Made by a program: the position numbers and the translations under genes. A stretch of DNA of 64,000 nt from an uncultured Verrucomicrobiae bacterium (GTDB lineage: Bacteria; Verrucomicrobiota; Verrucomicrobiia; Limisphaerales; Palsa-1400): NCBI GenBank assembly GCA_963707025.1, contig CAVPOM010000005.1, positions 544,001-608,000 of the forward strand, given 5' to 3'. The notes beneath the pieces were generated by a model. The model ran no database searches. It was not told the origin of the DNA and saw nothing but the letters and a program-made list of their open reading frames with translations. The number at the start of each line of letters is the position of its first letter. Position 1 is the first letter of the stretch. This document shows, in pieces, positions 40,367 to 51,619 of the stretch.

Positions 40367-41640
40367 ACCGCCAAGGGTTTCCACCCCAGTTCAAGGCTGC
40401 TCACGGCTGTATTTGACACGCTGAGAAGGCTCTCGCGGCGCTCGCAGCACTGCTTCCCCCACCGCTGGCGCGAGTTGGCTGCGACCACCGGTGATGGATT
40501 GCGGAAACTCCTTGCCAGTGGCGAAGACCTGCAGGAGGCCACCTTCCACTGCGCCAACAGTCTGCTGTTGCGGCGCAATGCCACCGCGGACCAGCTTAAA
40601 GACATCGGACTCCGCCTGCTCACCTTTGCCATCGAGCCGCTTGAACAAAGCGGCAGAGCATGATCACGAGTCCAACTACAACTACGACAACAACTGCCGC
40701 TACGACACCACCATCACCACCACCAGCAGCACCACCGGCAGCATGAACACCAGCACCACCAGCAGCAGCAAGCGCCCCGGCGGCGGCGGTAACGCCGGCC
40801 GCGGTGGCGGCACCACCCGCGACCGCGTTGGCACCGACGGGAGTGCCCGCATTTAATCATGCGTCGGCATTGTCCCAGGAGAATATTCAATGCCACGCAA
40901 TAATAATGTAGCTTATTCTTAAGTGCCTATACCACAGCTACTTCTGAATTAAATACTGAATTTTCCGGCGCATTTATTTAATTCGATTATTGCCGGCATG
41001 AAATAATATTCTCCGGAAATTCGATTAAATTGCAACTGTTTGCAGGGCAAAGACTTACATTTCAATAAAACAATTAAATAATCGCCCGGATTTACAGGAT
41101 TTTCCCCGGAATAAATTCGATTTAATTGCGGGAATTGCCTGGATATTCAGAATTAAATGGCCGGCCGGGATATTATCAATCCACGGTGTATTGCGCCGCC
41201 CTGGCCGCCTGCGGAGCCGTTTTTGGGTCCGCAAATCCCTGCTGCATTTGCCCGCCAAACTGGCACGGCACAATTAGGCTGGTGATGCCGGCGGCTGGCG
41301 GATGGGTCGGCGGCCTGCTCCCCCGTGGGGAGTTAACACCGGGGCGCCGGTCGCACCGATTTCCTTGCGCACACTTTGGACAGGCGGGCATCGGCTCGCG
41401 GGGATGAGTCCATGTCGGATCCTCCGCAGTTGTAACCCGGCATGGCTGGGCCGTGGCTGACATGCCGGTCTATCAGCGGGAAGGAGCGGAGCACCATTGG
41501 GGCCGGCTGCTCGCTCTCTTCAGTGCGACTTTGCAGGCCGGGTGAGAGAATTCCCCCCAAATAGCCTCGAACTGCTGGAATTAATCGGACACCTCTTGCA
41601 ATAGCACCTGCCGCATGGTCATCGGAGAACTGCCGCACAT

Positions 41641-42865
41641 TCAGCGGGCCGTCACATCCAAACAAACCAAGTCGCCTTTGTTGTTCCGGCAGTAAATCCG
41701 GCCATTCGCCAACGTCGGCGGCGTCCAACACGTTGCCGGCAGGATTTGGACGCGCGAAATCGGGGCAAACCCGCTCGGCGAGACTTCCCCCACCGCCAAC
41801 TCACCCAGTTCGCTTAACACGATGAGCTTGTGATCGGCCACGATGAACCCGCCCGCCCCCAGGCCTGGAAAACTCCATTTCTGCGCCCCCGTGGCAAAGT
41901 CAAGGCACTGCAACGTCGCGCTGCCCGTCACCGAGCCCGCCGCGCCATACAAATATCCATCAACCAGAACCGATGAGGCGACGTGATTTTCGAAACTTTG
42001 GTTCGCCCAAACTTGCGTGACTTGAGTACCCGTCGAACCGCGCCCTCACACCGGCATGAACTCCCGACGACATGAAGAAATCGTTGCCGGAAACCACCAC
42101 GTCGGCGATGTTGATCGGAAACTGCGACTTGAAGGGAAAACTCCAAAGTTGCTTGCCGGTTTTCGCCTCAACGCCATAGGCGGTATCCGAGGAAAGAATA
42201 GCCACCGCCGGCGCGCCCCGGAAGGACCACGGCACCGGCGTCGAATAGCCTGGCGCGTCCTTGTCCGAAGTCCACGCCACTTTTCCGGTGGCCTTCTCCA
42301 CTGCCGTGCCCGCGCCGCCGATGTCAAGGATCAGCAAATCGTCCTGCGCGAGAGCCGAACTGGCGAAACCCCACGTCGGCTTGGTCACCCCCAGATTGGC
42401 GAAAAGGTCGTTCGACCAGATCACTCCCCCGCTCTGGCTCTGCAACGCATACAAACAGCCGTCTCCGCTCAGGAAATAAAGCCGGTCCCCCTCAACCGTC
42501 GGCGACCCGCTGGTGCCCCCCAGCCCTTTCGGCCCGTTGGAAACTGAATAAAGCTGGCTCGGATAGGTGAACTTCCACAAAACGCTCCCCGTCGCCGCGT
42601 CGAAGCAATAAAGCGTGGCATTCGTGCCGTTGTTCCCCGAGGCATAGACGCGAGCCTTTGCGACGCTAATCGGCGCGTAACCGACCCCAAGTGACGCCTT
42701 CCACAACACCTTCGGCCCTTCATCCCCCCATTTCGCCACCCAGCCCGTCTCAGTGGAAATGCCATTGTGAGCAGGCCCCCGGTAATTGGGCCAATCCGCC
42801 GCGCGCGCATAACGACCGCCCAAGCCGGCCGCCACCATCAAGCCCAAAGGGAGAATCCTCTTCAT
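41641..42865 (-). CDS. PQQ-like (BamB-type) beta-propeller protein, frameshift near 42030
   Basis: ADWPNYRGP..NG, repeated D..TG..LW blades and terminal WTPPTLANGRIYCR...LVCLD. Confidence 0.85.
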
Positions 42866-42897
42866 CCTCCGAGGTTAGGCAGAACATACACGGCGAG

Positions 42898-43170
42898 TCA
42901 ATTTCTCCAATGCTCTTCTGCTCCAGCCCGCACTGAGCTTTCCCGCCAACGCGATTGCACTGTCGTTGAGCAGTCCACTCCATGTTTTTTGAGTGCCGGC
43001 GCGTATTTATTCGTGGAGGCGGAGGGGATGTAGCAAAACCGGCATGCATGTGAGCAGCCGACCGAGATGTTGAAGGCCCAGTTGGAGAGGCTCTTGTACT
43101 TGAACTTGTTCGGCGCAATGACAGCGGCAGATTTCCAAAAGTCGAACGGCTCTTTGGTGGATTTGGCCAT
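42898..43170 (-). pseudogene. N-terminal fragment of an SPL-like radical SAM protein
   Basis: NISVGCSHACRFCY (CxxxCxxC) followed by premature termination at 90 aa. Confidence 0.7.
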
Positions 43171-43407
43171 GCGGGTTCAAAAGTGGAAGTTCCTGGGCAG
43201 CGGGTCAAATAAAAACAAGGGACGCCAGCACCCTCAACCCCGGCCGTCATCCGCAAAATCCGCTCAATTGACCGTGCCCCCTTCCGGCCTGTCCATCTGC
43301 GCAAACCGTGCAGCCTTTGCACAGTCAAGCGCATCCTTTGCGCGTCTTTATCCGTGTTTTGAGCGAGAAAGCAACCCTTTTGCCTGGGGAAAGCGCCGCT
43401 TTCCCGA

Positions 43408-43424
43408 TTGGCACGTTAGTTGCA
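43408..43424 (+). promoter_or_regulatory. sigma54 (-24/-12) promoter
   Basis: TTGGCACGTTAGTTGCA matches YTGGCACG-N4-TTGCW exactly and is intergenic. Confidence 0.75.
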
Positions 43425-43447
43425 TAAGAATGGATCGGGTGATGAAT

Positions 43448-43690
43448 ATGAACGCAACATTACACGTAGAACAGCCCATGAATACGACGATATTGAATTA
43501 TCCGGGTTTCCAAACCTTGCCAAAAGGGGTCCGGCAGATGTTGCTGGTTTCCGAGGCATACTTTTTCAATGAACCCGCGTCGGATCATCAGGAGCAAAAG
43601 GTTGCGGCCAGGCGAGCCAACCGGGGTTCAATGGACTTTATGGGAATCCCATTCCTCCCGGCGGGGTTCGCGCTGGATGTGCCAGCCTGA
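43448..43690 (+). CDS. Small hypothetical protein (alternative starts 43442/43478)
   Basis: Directly downstream of the sigma54 promoter; MNTTILNYPGFQTLPKGVRQMLLVSEAYFF. Confidence 0.5.
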   Translation: MNATLHVEQPMNTTILNYPGFQTLPKGVRQMLLVSEAYFFNEPASDHQEQKVAARRANRGSMDFMGIPFLPAGFALDVPA

Positions 43691-43699
43691 TGGCGCGGG

Positions 43700-43830
43700 A
43701 CACGCCGCGCTCAGTCGCGGCCAGTCCGTGGCGTGACGGCAAAAGGAGACGAGGTGCGGGAGGTGGCCAATGCCGCGCGCGCCCACGGCCTCAAGCTAGC
43801 CGTTTACCTTTCGCCTGCGGACCTTTACCC
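43700..43830 (+). pseudogene. Internal fragment of a GH29 alpha-L-fucosidase
   Basis: SVAASPWRDGK / GDEVREVANAARAHGLKLAVYLSPAD across a frameshift; the rest of the gene is absent. Confidence 0.65.
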
Positions 43831-44041
43831 GTTGAGAACCAAAAAGTCCAGTTTCGCGGTCATCGTGAATAATGATTAACTTTTGGGACCGCCTGGAAAC
43901 TCTACGGCACGTTGGCGGCGTCGCTGCCGACGCTGACCAGTTCGCGTGGACCGCGGGGCGTCAAGCCGTTCTCCGCTTCGGCCAAATTAAACTTGCCGGA
44001 CACTTGTTACGCGAAGAAACTGCCGGCAAATCCGCAATTTT

Positions 44042-45647
44042 ATGCCAGGTAGAATTGATATCAAACGAAAAGCAGGTTGTCTCGCTCTCGGCCTCGCGAC
44101 GTTCTTCGCCGCCATGGATTTGTCGGTCGCCGCCACCAACGATAACGCGCGGCGGGTCTCGGTTGACTTGCGGCAAACAAACGGCCCGCTTGACACCATG
44201 TTCAAATTTTGCGTCGGTGCGGGCCGCGCGAACGAGGGGCTGCGTGCCGACTGGCAGCGTCAACTGGCCTATGCCCATCGCGAATGCGGCTTCCAATACA
44301 TCCGCATGCACGGTCTGTTCACCGACGACATGGGCGTTTATCGGGAGGACAACCACGGCAACCCGGAATACAACTGGCAATACATTGACGAGCTTTACGA
44401 CTTCCTCGAAAGCATCGGCATGAAGCCGTTTGTGGAATTGAGCTTCATGCCCAATGCGCTGGCCAGTGGCCGCAAAACCATTTTCTGGTGGCGCGGCAAT
44501 GTGACTCCGCCCAGAGACATGACAAAATGGGCGAACTTCATTCGCGCTTTCGTCCTCCACGAACGGGAACGCCACGGCGACGCGGAAGTGCGCACATGGT
44601 ATTTCGAGGTCTGGAACGAGCCGAACTTGAGCGGTTTTTGGGCCGGCACGCAGCAGCAGTATTTCGATCTCTACGCCGCCACGGCCCGCGCCATCAAGAG
44701 CGTTTCCCCGGATTACAAAGTAGGCGGCCCAGCGACGGCGGGTTGCGCCTGGGTGCCGGAGTTCATTCATTTCTGCGACACGAACCACGCGCCGGTGGAT
44801 TTCATTTCCACGCACACCTATGGCGTGGAAAGCGCTTTTTTTGGACGAACTTGGCGACGCTGGCACGGTGCTTTCACAAAACCCCAATTCCATTTTCGGC
44901 GATGTGAAATCCGTGCGTCAGCAGATTGCCGAATCGGCAATGCCCAAGCTGGAACTCCACTTCACTGAATGGAGCACGTCCTACACGCCGTCCGATCCAA
45001 TTCACGACAGCTACCACAGCGCGGCTTACATTTTGAACAAACTCAAGAAATGCGGCGACGCCGCGCAATCCATGTCTTACTGGACGTTCACAGACATTTT
45101 TGAGGAAACCGGGCCGCGCTGGGAGGCCTTTCACGGCGGCTTCGGCCTGATCAATTACGAGGACATCAACAAGCCGTCGTTTTATGCGTATCAATTTTTG
45201 AACCGGCTTGGCCCGACGGAATTGAAAGACAGCGACCCGTCCTCGTGGATTTGCGCCGACAAATCCGGCGGCGTGCAGGCGTTGGTTTGGGATTTCACCA
45301 ACACGCATCCCGGCAAGCAAGTTCACAACCAGGAATTCTACAAACGCGATTTGCCGTCTCGGCCAAAAAACAGAGTAACGCTGAATCTGTCACACCTGCC
45401 CAAAGGCAAATACACGGTGGAAACTTACAAAGTCGGCTACCGGGTTAACGACGCCTACGCCACCTATCGCGATCTGGGCGCGCCCTCGCAAATGACCAAA
45501 GCACAGGTCGCCGAAATCAAATCCAAAAACAGCGGTGCACCCATAGACATTCACACCATAGAGATTGGGCGGGACGGAAAATACGAGCAGCAGTTTGACC
45601 TCCGGGAAAATGATGTCGTGCTGATCACGCTCAAGCCGCAGCACTGA
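44042..45647 (+). CDS. GH39 beta-xylosidase, frameshift in the T-run near 44840
   Basis: YIRMHGLF, EVWNEPNL, VGGPATAG, STHTYG, FTEW, SYWTFTDIFEE and FHGGFGL. Confidence 0.9.
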
Positions 45648-45800
45648 AAAGTTGTGCGATATGTTCCCCGCAGATTTGTTTGGCAGGTTCTGAAAATGGC
45701 GGCGACATCAAACTACCGATGATACGAGCAGATATGCGCGCAAAACGTGTAGTCCAGTCAGACTTTCTGACTGGGCATTAACTTTATACAAAATAGGATC

Positions 45801-48161
45801 ATGCACTCCAAAATCATCCACGACAACCGAGTTTTTCTGTTCGGATTATTGCTGGTTTCCGCCGGTTTGGCTTCGGCCATCGCCGCTGAAAAGCAGACGT
45901 TCGAAGCGGAAGCCGCCATACGCACCGGCGAGGCGTCCAAAGTGGCCGAGCGCGGCGCCTCCGGGGGTTCTTTAGTCGGTTTGAGCAAACCCGGCCAGGG
46001 CGTCAAATTCGCCCGCTTGCCGGCTGCCAGCAAATTGGCGATTCGTTATGCGTCGGTGGAAGTGGGCACGATCAGCGTTTCGGTCAACGGCCAGGCGGCG
46101 CGCGAGGTTAACATTCATTCATCGGGAGCGCTCACCAATTCTTTTCTCAATGCGATCATTGACATTGCGATTCCCGCTGATTCCACGCTGACTATCAGTC
46201 TGGCGACCAACGATGTCGCGGTGAACGTTGATCGCATCGTGGTCGGCGACGGAGACTTGGGGATGCCGCCGGATATTTGGAACCTGCCGCCATTGCCGGT
46301 CGCACCGGGTCCCTATTCCCCTGACTGGAAAGATATCAGCCGGCTTTACACCGTGCCGGAGTGGTGGCGCGATGCGAAGTTCGGCGCGTGGGCGCACTGG
46401 GACCCGCAATCCATGCCCGAGCAGGGAGATTGGTATGCGCGCGGCATGTATATTCAAGGCAGCGCGCAGTATGATTACAACCTCGAACACTTCGGCCATC
46501 CGTCGGCATATGGTTACAAGGACCTCTGCCACAACTGGGTGATTGACCGCTGGAATCCCGATGAGTTGATGGATTTGTATGTCGAAATGGGTGCCCGCTA
46601 CTTCATGGCGATGGGCTGTCATCATGACAATTTCGACTGCTATGATTCGAAATATCAGCCGTGGAACTCGGTGCGCGTCGGCCCCAAGGTTGACATCGTC
46701 GGCACATGGGAAAAAAACGCGCGCCAACACGGTCTGCGTTTCGGCATCGGTTTTCACGACACCCCGGCTCGAACCTGGGGCCAGTTCATGCCGGTGCGTT
46801 ACAGCAGCGACAAGACGGGGCCGATGAAGGGCGTGCCTTACGATGCGCTGCAAACAATTCTGGACGGGAAAGGAAAATGGTGGGAAGGGATGGATCCGGT
46901 GGACCTTTATGGCCCGGTTCACAACAAAAAAGATCCGCTGCTCTCGCCCTTCGCCAACCAGTTCATGTGGCGGGTGGAAGATGCCATCACCAAGTATCAT
47001 CCCGATGTGATTTACTTCGACGAGCACGCGGGCGATTCGCAAATGGATATGGGCGTTAACATGGGACTCGGATTTCTCGCTCCACCGCTGGCCGCCAATT
47101 ACTACAACAAGTCCCTGAAGTGGAACCAGGGGAAAATGGAGGTTGTGCTCAACCTCAAAGGCGTGGGCGGGCGTTACAACAGCTTCCAAGACCACCCCGA
47201 ACTCCTCCCCTACGTTGACCGATCCTTGGTCAAGAGCACTGAAGCCATCATTGAACCGGAGATCATGGCCTATCCGTTCCAGACCGAGACGAGCATCGCC
47301 GATTGGCACTACAAAACCGGGCAGAGATACATGGATGCCAGAAACGTAGTCCGTTCGCTGATGCAGAACATGTGCCGCAACGGAACGATTTTGCTCAACC
47401 TCACCCAGCACGGTTGCGGCGATCTTGATCCACAAGTGATTCAGATATGCAAAGACGTCGGCGCTTGGTTGAGAGTCAACGGCGAAGCTGTTTATGCCTC
47501 CCGTCCGTTTGAAGTCTACGGGGAAAATGGGGTTTGCTACACGCGCAATCAAGGTAATGTCTATGCCACGCTCCTGGACTGGCAAGGCGGTTTGATCACA
47601 CTCAAGGCTTTGCGCGCCGGCGGGGCGACCCTGGGCAAAGTGTCCAGAGTTGAAATGCTCGGCTCCGATGTTGCGCTGACGTTTGTTCAAGACGATCAGG
47701 GGCTGACGGTGACGCCCAGAGGAGCGGTGCAGCCGCTGCCGGGGATTACCAACCAGCCGCTGGCATCGGCGTGCCGGGTTCTGCTCATCACTCATGACAA
47801 GGGCTGGTTCAACGACGACGACCCGGGTGTGGTGGCTGCCGGATGGGTTCGCCGCTGCAACCTGGGTACCGGCGACTTCAACAACGACCTCACGACCAGC
47901 GACACGCCCGGTGATGTCTGGAGGTGTTCGTTTACCGGCACGAGCGTCTCAGTCATCGCTCCGAAAGAAGAAGGAGCAGGAAAGATCGAAATTCAGATTG
48001 ACGGCCAAAGCCGTGCGACGGCGGATCTGTCCACCACTGGACCGCGCCAGGACCAGCAGGTTGCATGTGAAGTGACCGGTCTGACTGCCGGCACACATGC
48101 CATTAGCATTGTCAATCGCGGCCCCGGCCCGGTGGCCGTGGATGCCCTGGTCGTCCGCTGA
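45801..48161 (+). CDS. GH29 alpha-L-fucosidase family with N- and C-terminal CBM-like domains
   Basis: PEWWRDAKFG..HW, HHDNF, VIYFD, NGTILLN and WLRVNGEAVY. Confidence 0.88.
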   Translation: MHSKIIHDNRVFLFGLLLVSAGLASAIAAEKQTFEAEAAIRTGEASKVAERGASGGSLVGLSKPGQGVKFARLPAASKLAIRYASVEVGTISVSVNGQAAREVNIHSSGALTNSFLNAIIDIAIPADSTLTISLATNDVAVNVDRIVVGDGDLGMPPDIWNLPPLPVAPGPYSPDWKDISRLYTVPEWWRDAKFGAWAHWDPQSMPEQGDWYARGMYIQGSAQYDYNLEHFGHPSAYGYKDLCHNWVIDRWNPDELMDLYVEMGARYFMAMGCHHDNFDCYDSKYQPWNSVRVGPKVDIVGTWEKNARQHGLRFGIGFHDTPARTWGQFMPVRYSSDKTGPMKGVPYDALQTILDGKGKWWEGMDPVDLYGPVHNKKDPLLSPFANQFMWRVEDAITKYHPDVIYFDEHAGDSQMDMGVNMGLGFLAPPLAANYYNKSLKWNQGKMEVVLNLKGVGGRYNSFQDHPELLPYVDRSLVKSTEAIIEPEIMAYPFQTETSIADWHYKTGQRYMDARNVVRSLMQNMCRNGTILLNLTQHGCGDLDPQVIQICKDVGAWLRVNGEAVYASRPFEVYGENGVCYTRNQGNVYATLLDWQGGLITLKALRAGGATLGKVSRVEMLGSDVALTFVQDDQGLTVTPRGAVQPLPGITNQPLASACRVLLITHDKGWFNDDDPGVVAAGWVRRCNLGTGDFNNDLTTSDTPGDVWRCSFTGTSVSVIAPKEEGAGKIEIQIDGQSRATADLSTTGPRQDQQVACEVTGLTAGTHAISIVNRGPGPVAVDALVVR

Positions 48162-48405
48162 AGGAGATTCAGTCAGAAGACGAAAAACAGGAACAATACG
48201 ATTCTCACCAGCCTGTAAACCCTCAAAAGAAACCGACCAGTTTCCCGGACCGGTTCTCATTGCGTGGGAACCCCAATAAGAAAGAAACTGATGTGGTTGG
48301 AACTGGTTGACTTGGCCGGAACTGAAATCTGCTAAACCGATAGAGTTTCTGTAACCTTCACCCGCTTCGACTGCCTCATGCTGGCCAGTTGTTCAATTTG
48401 ACCGG

Positions 48406-48648
48406 GTGGATATCGGAAAGAAAGGATTGAAGTCAGTGAATGTTCGGTCCGCTTCAGCCGCTGGCGGATTGATTGAAATCCGCCTTGATAAAGTGGATGG
48501 CCCGGTTCTTGCAGAGGTTGAAATCGGGAAAGGTTCCGAATGGAGGGTCGTCAACGCAAAGCTCAACTTCATTCCGACGGGCGTGCATGACCTGGTGGTG
48601 ACTCAAGGGACAAACACCAGCATTGATTTGGATTGGGTGGGCTTCGTC
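48406..48648 (+). pseudogene. CBM6 C-terminal fragment
   Basis: VRSASAAGGLIEIRLDKVDGPVLAEV...TGVHDL...DLDWVGF with no N-terminal part. Confidence 0.65.
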
Positions 48649-48867
48649 CCACTTCGAGTCATTGAACGCGACGGCGTCCGCGCCTGCCATGTCGCCGAGT
48701 TGAAATTTCCAGTCACGATTGAAGTTGATGGCTTGCCGAAGATCGGCGGCAGGCAACGCAGCCATAGAACCGGCGATGATCGCGAGGAAAATGAAGATAC
48801 ATTTCGCGCGGTGGCTCGCGGTCGCCATTGGCTGCGAGAGACAAGGCTTGCCGGGATGTGACCGCAT
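48640..48867 (-). pseudogene. N-terminal fragment of a GH2-type glycosidase
   Basis: Signal peptide plus RQAINFNRDWKFQLGD..GA..FNDSKWDE, then it runs into the antisense of the CBM6 fragment. Confidence 0.7.
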
Positions 48868-48934
48868 ATTCGTTTGTTCGCTCCAAATGTTCGCGGGAAC
48901 CTTCCAGCGCCAGAAATGAATTTTGCGAGAAGAG

Positions 48935-51286
48935 CTATGACGCAGGTTTAAGCTCGGAGTTCAATTGAACCGCGCCTCCGGACTTCAGTTTGATTTCCGC
49001 GGTGCGGTCGCCATAACGGACGGTCGCCGCGCGGCCGCCGACGGATTTGATTTTAACGCTCGTCAGCTTGCCATCGTTCCAAGCCAGATCAATTTCAAAG
49101 CTGCCGCGCGCGCGCAAACCGGTGACGTGCCCGGCGGGCCAGGCGTCCGGCAGCGCGGGGAGCAATTCGATTTCGCCGGTCTGGGTTTGGAGCAGCATTT
49201 CGGCGATGGCAGAGGTGCCGCCGAAGTTGCCGTCAATCTGGAACGGCGGATGGGCGTCGAACATATCGGGGTAAGTGCGCGACGGATCAAAGAGGTGATT
49301 GAGGATGCTGAAGGCGCGGTTGCCGTCGTGCAGCCGCGCCCAACAGTTGATGCGCCAGGCGATGGCCCAGCCGGTTGTGATGTCGCCGCGTTTATTGAGG
49401 CTGACTTTGGCGGCTTCGGCCAGTTCCGGGGTGCCGCGCGGCGTGATTTGGGCGCTGGGGAAAAGGGCGTACAAATGGGAAATGTGGCGGTGCTGCTGCT
49501 CCCGTGCTTGCGCATCCCAATCGCCAAGCCATTCCTGCAGCTGGCCTTGTTTTCCAATCTGAAGCGGCGCAAGTCTTGTGCGCGCTTGTTCCAGCTGTTT
49601 GCGGAAGTCGGAATCAGTGTCGAGAATTATCGAGGCCTGAATGCAATTGGTGAACAAGTCGCGGAGGATTTCCTCGTCCATGGCCGGCCCCGCGCAGACG
49701 GCCGAGCCGAACGGATGCTGGTTTTCGGGAGAGACGGAGGGACAGGTCACGAGCCAGTGGTTGGTTGGGTCTTCCACGAGGGTGTCGAGGAAGAATTGGG
49801 CGGCGCCGCGCATGACGGGATAGATGGCTTTCAGATATCTCTTGTCGCCGCTGAACTGATAGCGGTCCCACAAGTGGTCGCACAACCACGCGCCGCCGCT
49901 CGGCCACATGCCCGAATCCGCGAAATCGATGGGGCCGGTGGCGCGCCAAAGGTCGGTATTGTGGTGGGCGACCCAGCCGCGCGCACCATACATTTCCTGC
50001 GCCGTGCGCGCGCCGGTCTTGGAAAGGTCTTTCACCATCGCGATGAGCGGCTCGACGCATTCGCCGAGGTTGCACTCTTCCGCCGGCCAGTAATTCATTT
50101 CGGTGTTGATGTTGATGGTGTATTTGCTTTGCCACGGCGGGTTCATGCTTTGATTCCACAACCCCTGCAGATTCGCCGGCTGCCCGCCGGGACGCGAAGA
50201 GCTGATGAGCAGATAGCGGCCGAACTGGAAATAGAGCGTGGCAAACTGCGGGTCCTGGCCGTTGCGAAAATTCTTGATCCGCTCGTCGGTCGGCAGTTTC
50301 ACGCCGTCGCTGGTGCCCACATCAAGCGCTACGCGCCGGAACAGCCGCCGGTGTTCCTGAATGTGCGCGGCGAGGAGTTTATCGAATTTCTTCTTCGCGG
50401 CGGCGGCGATTTGGCCTTTGACGACGGACTCCGGGTCACCGCTCACGTCCTGGTAATTTTTGTAGCTCGTTGCCGCAGCGATCAGGATCGTGACCGAATC
50501 CGCGTTCGTGACCGCGACGGAATCGGAAGTGGTGCTGATCGTTCCGCCGTCAGCCAGCACGCGCGCGCGCACTTGGAGCTTCAGCGCCCCTTTGATGCCT
50601 GACGAAGCCGCATTCGTGCCCCGCATCAACAGAGTGTTTCTGGACTCGGTTTCAATGGTGACTCTTTGGGGGGTTTTGAATCCGGCGGCAAATGAAATCG
50701 AACCTTTTTTGTCAGCCGTGAGATGAACGACGATCACCTGATCCGCCGGGCTGGCAAAGACCTGTCGCGTGAACCGCGTGCCACCATCGGTGTATTCAAC
50801 CGTGGCCACGGCGGTGTCCAGGTTGAGATCGCGCCGGTAATTTTCAACGGAGGCCGAATCGGGAAAGGTGAGCATCAAAACGCCCGCGGTTTCATATGGC
50901 ATCTGGCCCGACGGACGGGAAATGACTTTGGAGTTGATCAGTTTCCCGGCATCGGAATATTTCCCGTCGAAGACGAGTTGGCGGACTTGCGGAAGAGCTG
51001 CCTTGGCCTGCGGATTGACGGGGTCGTAAGGGCCGCCACCCCAAAGCGTATCCTCATTTAGTTGGAGTGTTTCACTCGTGACATGGCCGAAAACCATCGC
51101 GCCGATTCGTCCATTGCCCACGGGCAGCGCCTCTTCCCACCTAATGGCTGGTTGGCGATACCAAAGGCTCAAGGGGCCGTCGGGCGCCGAGGCGTTTCCG
51201 GTCGGTTGAGGTTCGGCCGCGAACAATTCCGTGAAGCAACAAAGGAGAATGAGCGACGGAACTATCTGGGGGATGGAGAGATTCAT
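48935..51286 (-). CDS. GH95 alpha-1,2-L-fucosidase
   Basis: WEEALPVGNGR, QFGRYLLISSSRPG, KYTININTEMNYW, SPEN, HRHISHLY and HPPFQIDGNFG. Confidence 0.95.
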   Translation of the reverse strand: MNLSIPQIVPSLILLCCFTELFAAEPQPTGNASAPDGPLSLWYRQPAIRWEEALPVGNGRIGAMVFGHVTSETLQLNEDTLWGGGPYDPVNPQAKAALPQVRQLVFDGKYSDAGKLINSKVISRPSGQMPYETAGVLMLTFPDSASVENYRRDLNLDTAVATVEYTDGGTRFTRQVFASPADQVIVVHLTADKKGSISFAAGFKTPQRVTIETESRNTLLMRGTNAASSGIKGALKLQVRARVLADGGTISTTSDSVAVTNADSVTILIAAATSYKNYQDVSGDPESVVKGQIAAAAKKKFDKLLAAHIQEHRRLFRRVALDVGTSDGVKLPTDERIKNFRNGQDPQFATLYFQFGRYLLISSSRPGGQPANLQGLWNQSMNPPWQSKYTININTEMNYWPAEECNLGECVEPLIAMVKDLSKTGARTAQEMYGARGWVAHHNTDLWRATGPIDFADSGMWPSGGAWLCDHLWDRYQFSGDKRYLKAIYPVMRGAAQFFLDTLVEDPTNHWLVTCPSVSPENQHPFGSAVCAGPAMDEEILRDLFTNCIQASIILDTDSDFRKQLEQARTRLAPLQIGKQGQLQEWLGDWDAQAREQQHRHISHLYALFPSAQITPRGTPELAEAAKVSLNKRGDITTGWAIAWRINCWARLHDGNRAFSILNHLFDPSRTYPDMFDAHPPFQIDGNFGGTSAIAEMLLQTQTGEIELLPALPDAWPAGHVTGLRARGSFEIDLAWNDGKLTSVKIKSVGGRAATVRYGDRTAEIKLKSGGAVQLNSELKPAS

Positions 51287-51429
51287 ACTATTGTAGTTTA
51301 GCTATGGGAGGAGGACCCAATCAAAATAGCCTTTCGAATTATTGAGGTGGAACCGACACGTTGGTACTGGAACCTGGGTTTGGATGACTTTTACGAGGCT
51401 AACTCTAATGATATCACGGATTGGTCGGA

Positions 51430-51447
51430 ATACGACAAACGTCGTAT
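51430..51447. promoter_or_regulatory. Perfect palindrome, candidate operator in divergent intergenic region
   Basis: ATACGAC-AAAC-GTCGTAT, followed by TCACA-CT-TGTGA. Confidence 0.4.
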
Positions 51448-51619
51448 ATTCACACTTGTGACATTTTAGTAGCCTTCCCACATATTCAACTGTTTACATC
51501 TATGTCGGCCGGCGCTATCGGCTCCTGAGTTGGAGATGATTCGTTGTCTCGCGCACAATGGCGGACTGAATCTACCTATCAGCATACACCGCAGGGTCGC
51601 CGGAAGCGAAAAGCGTTTC

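Noticed and set aside
40660..40856. ACC/GCA trinucleotide-rich tract as a functional repeat
   Set aside because: It reads as a Thr/Pro/Ala linker with an internal stop, most likely a decayed low-complexity CDS.
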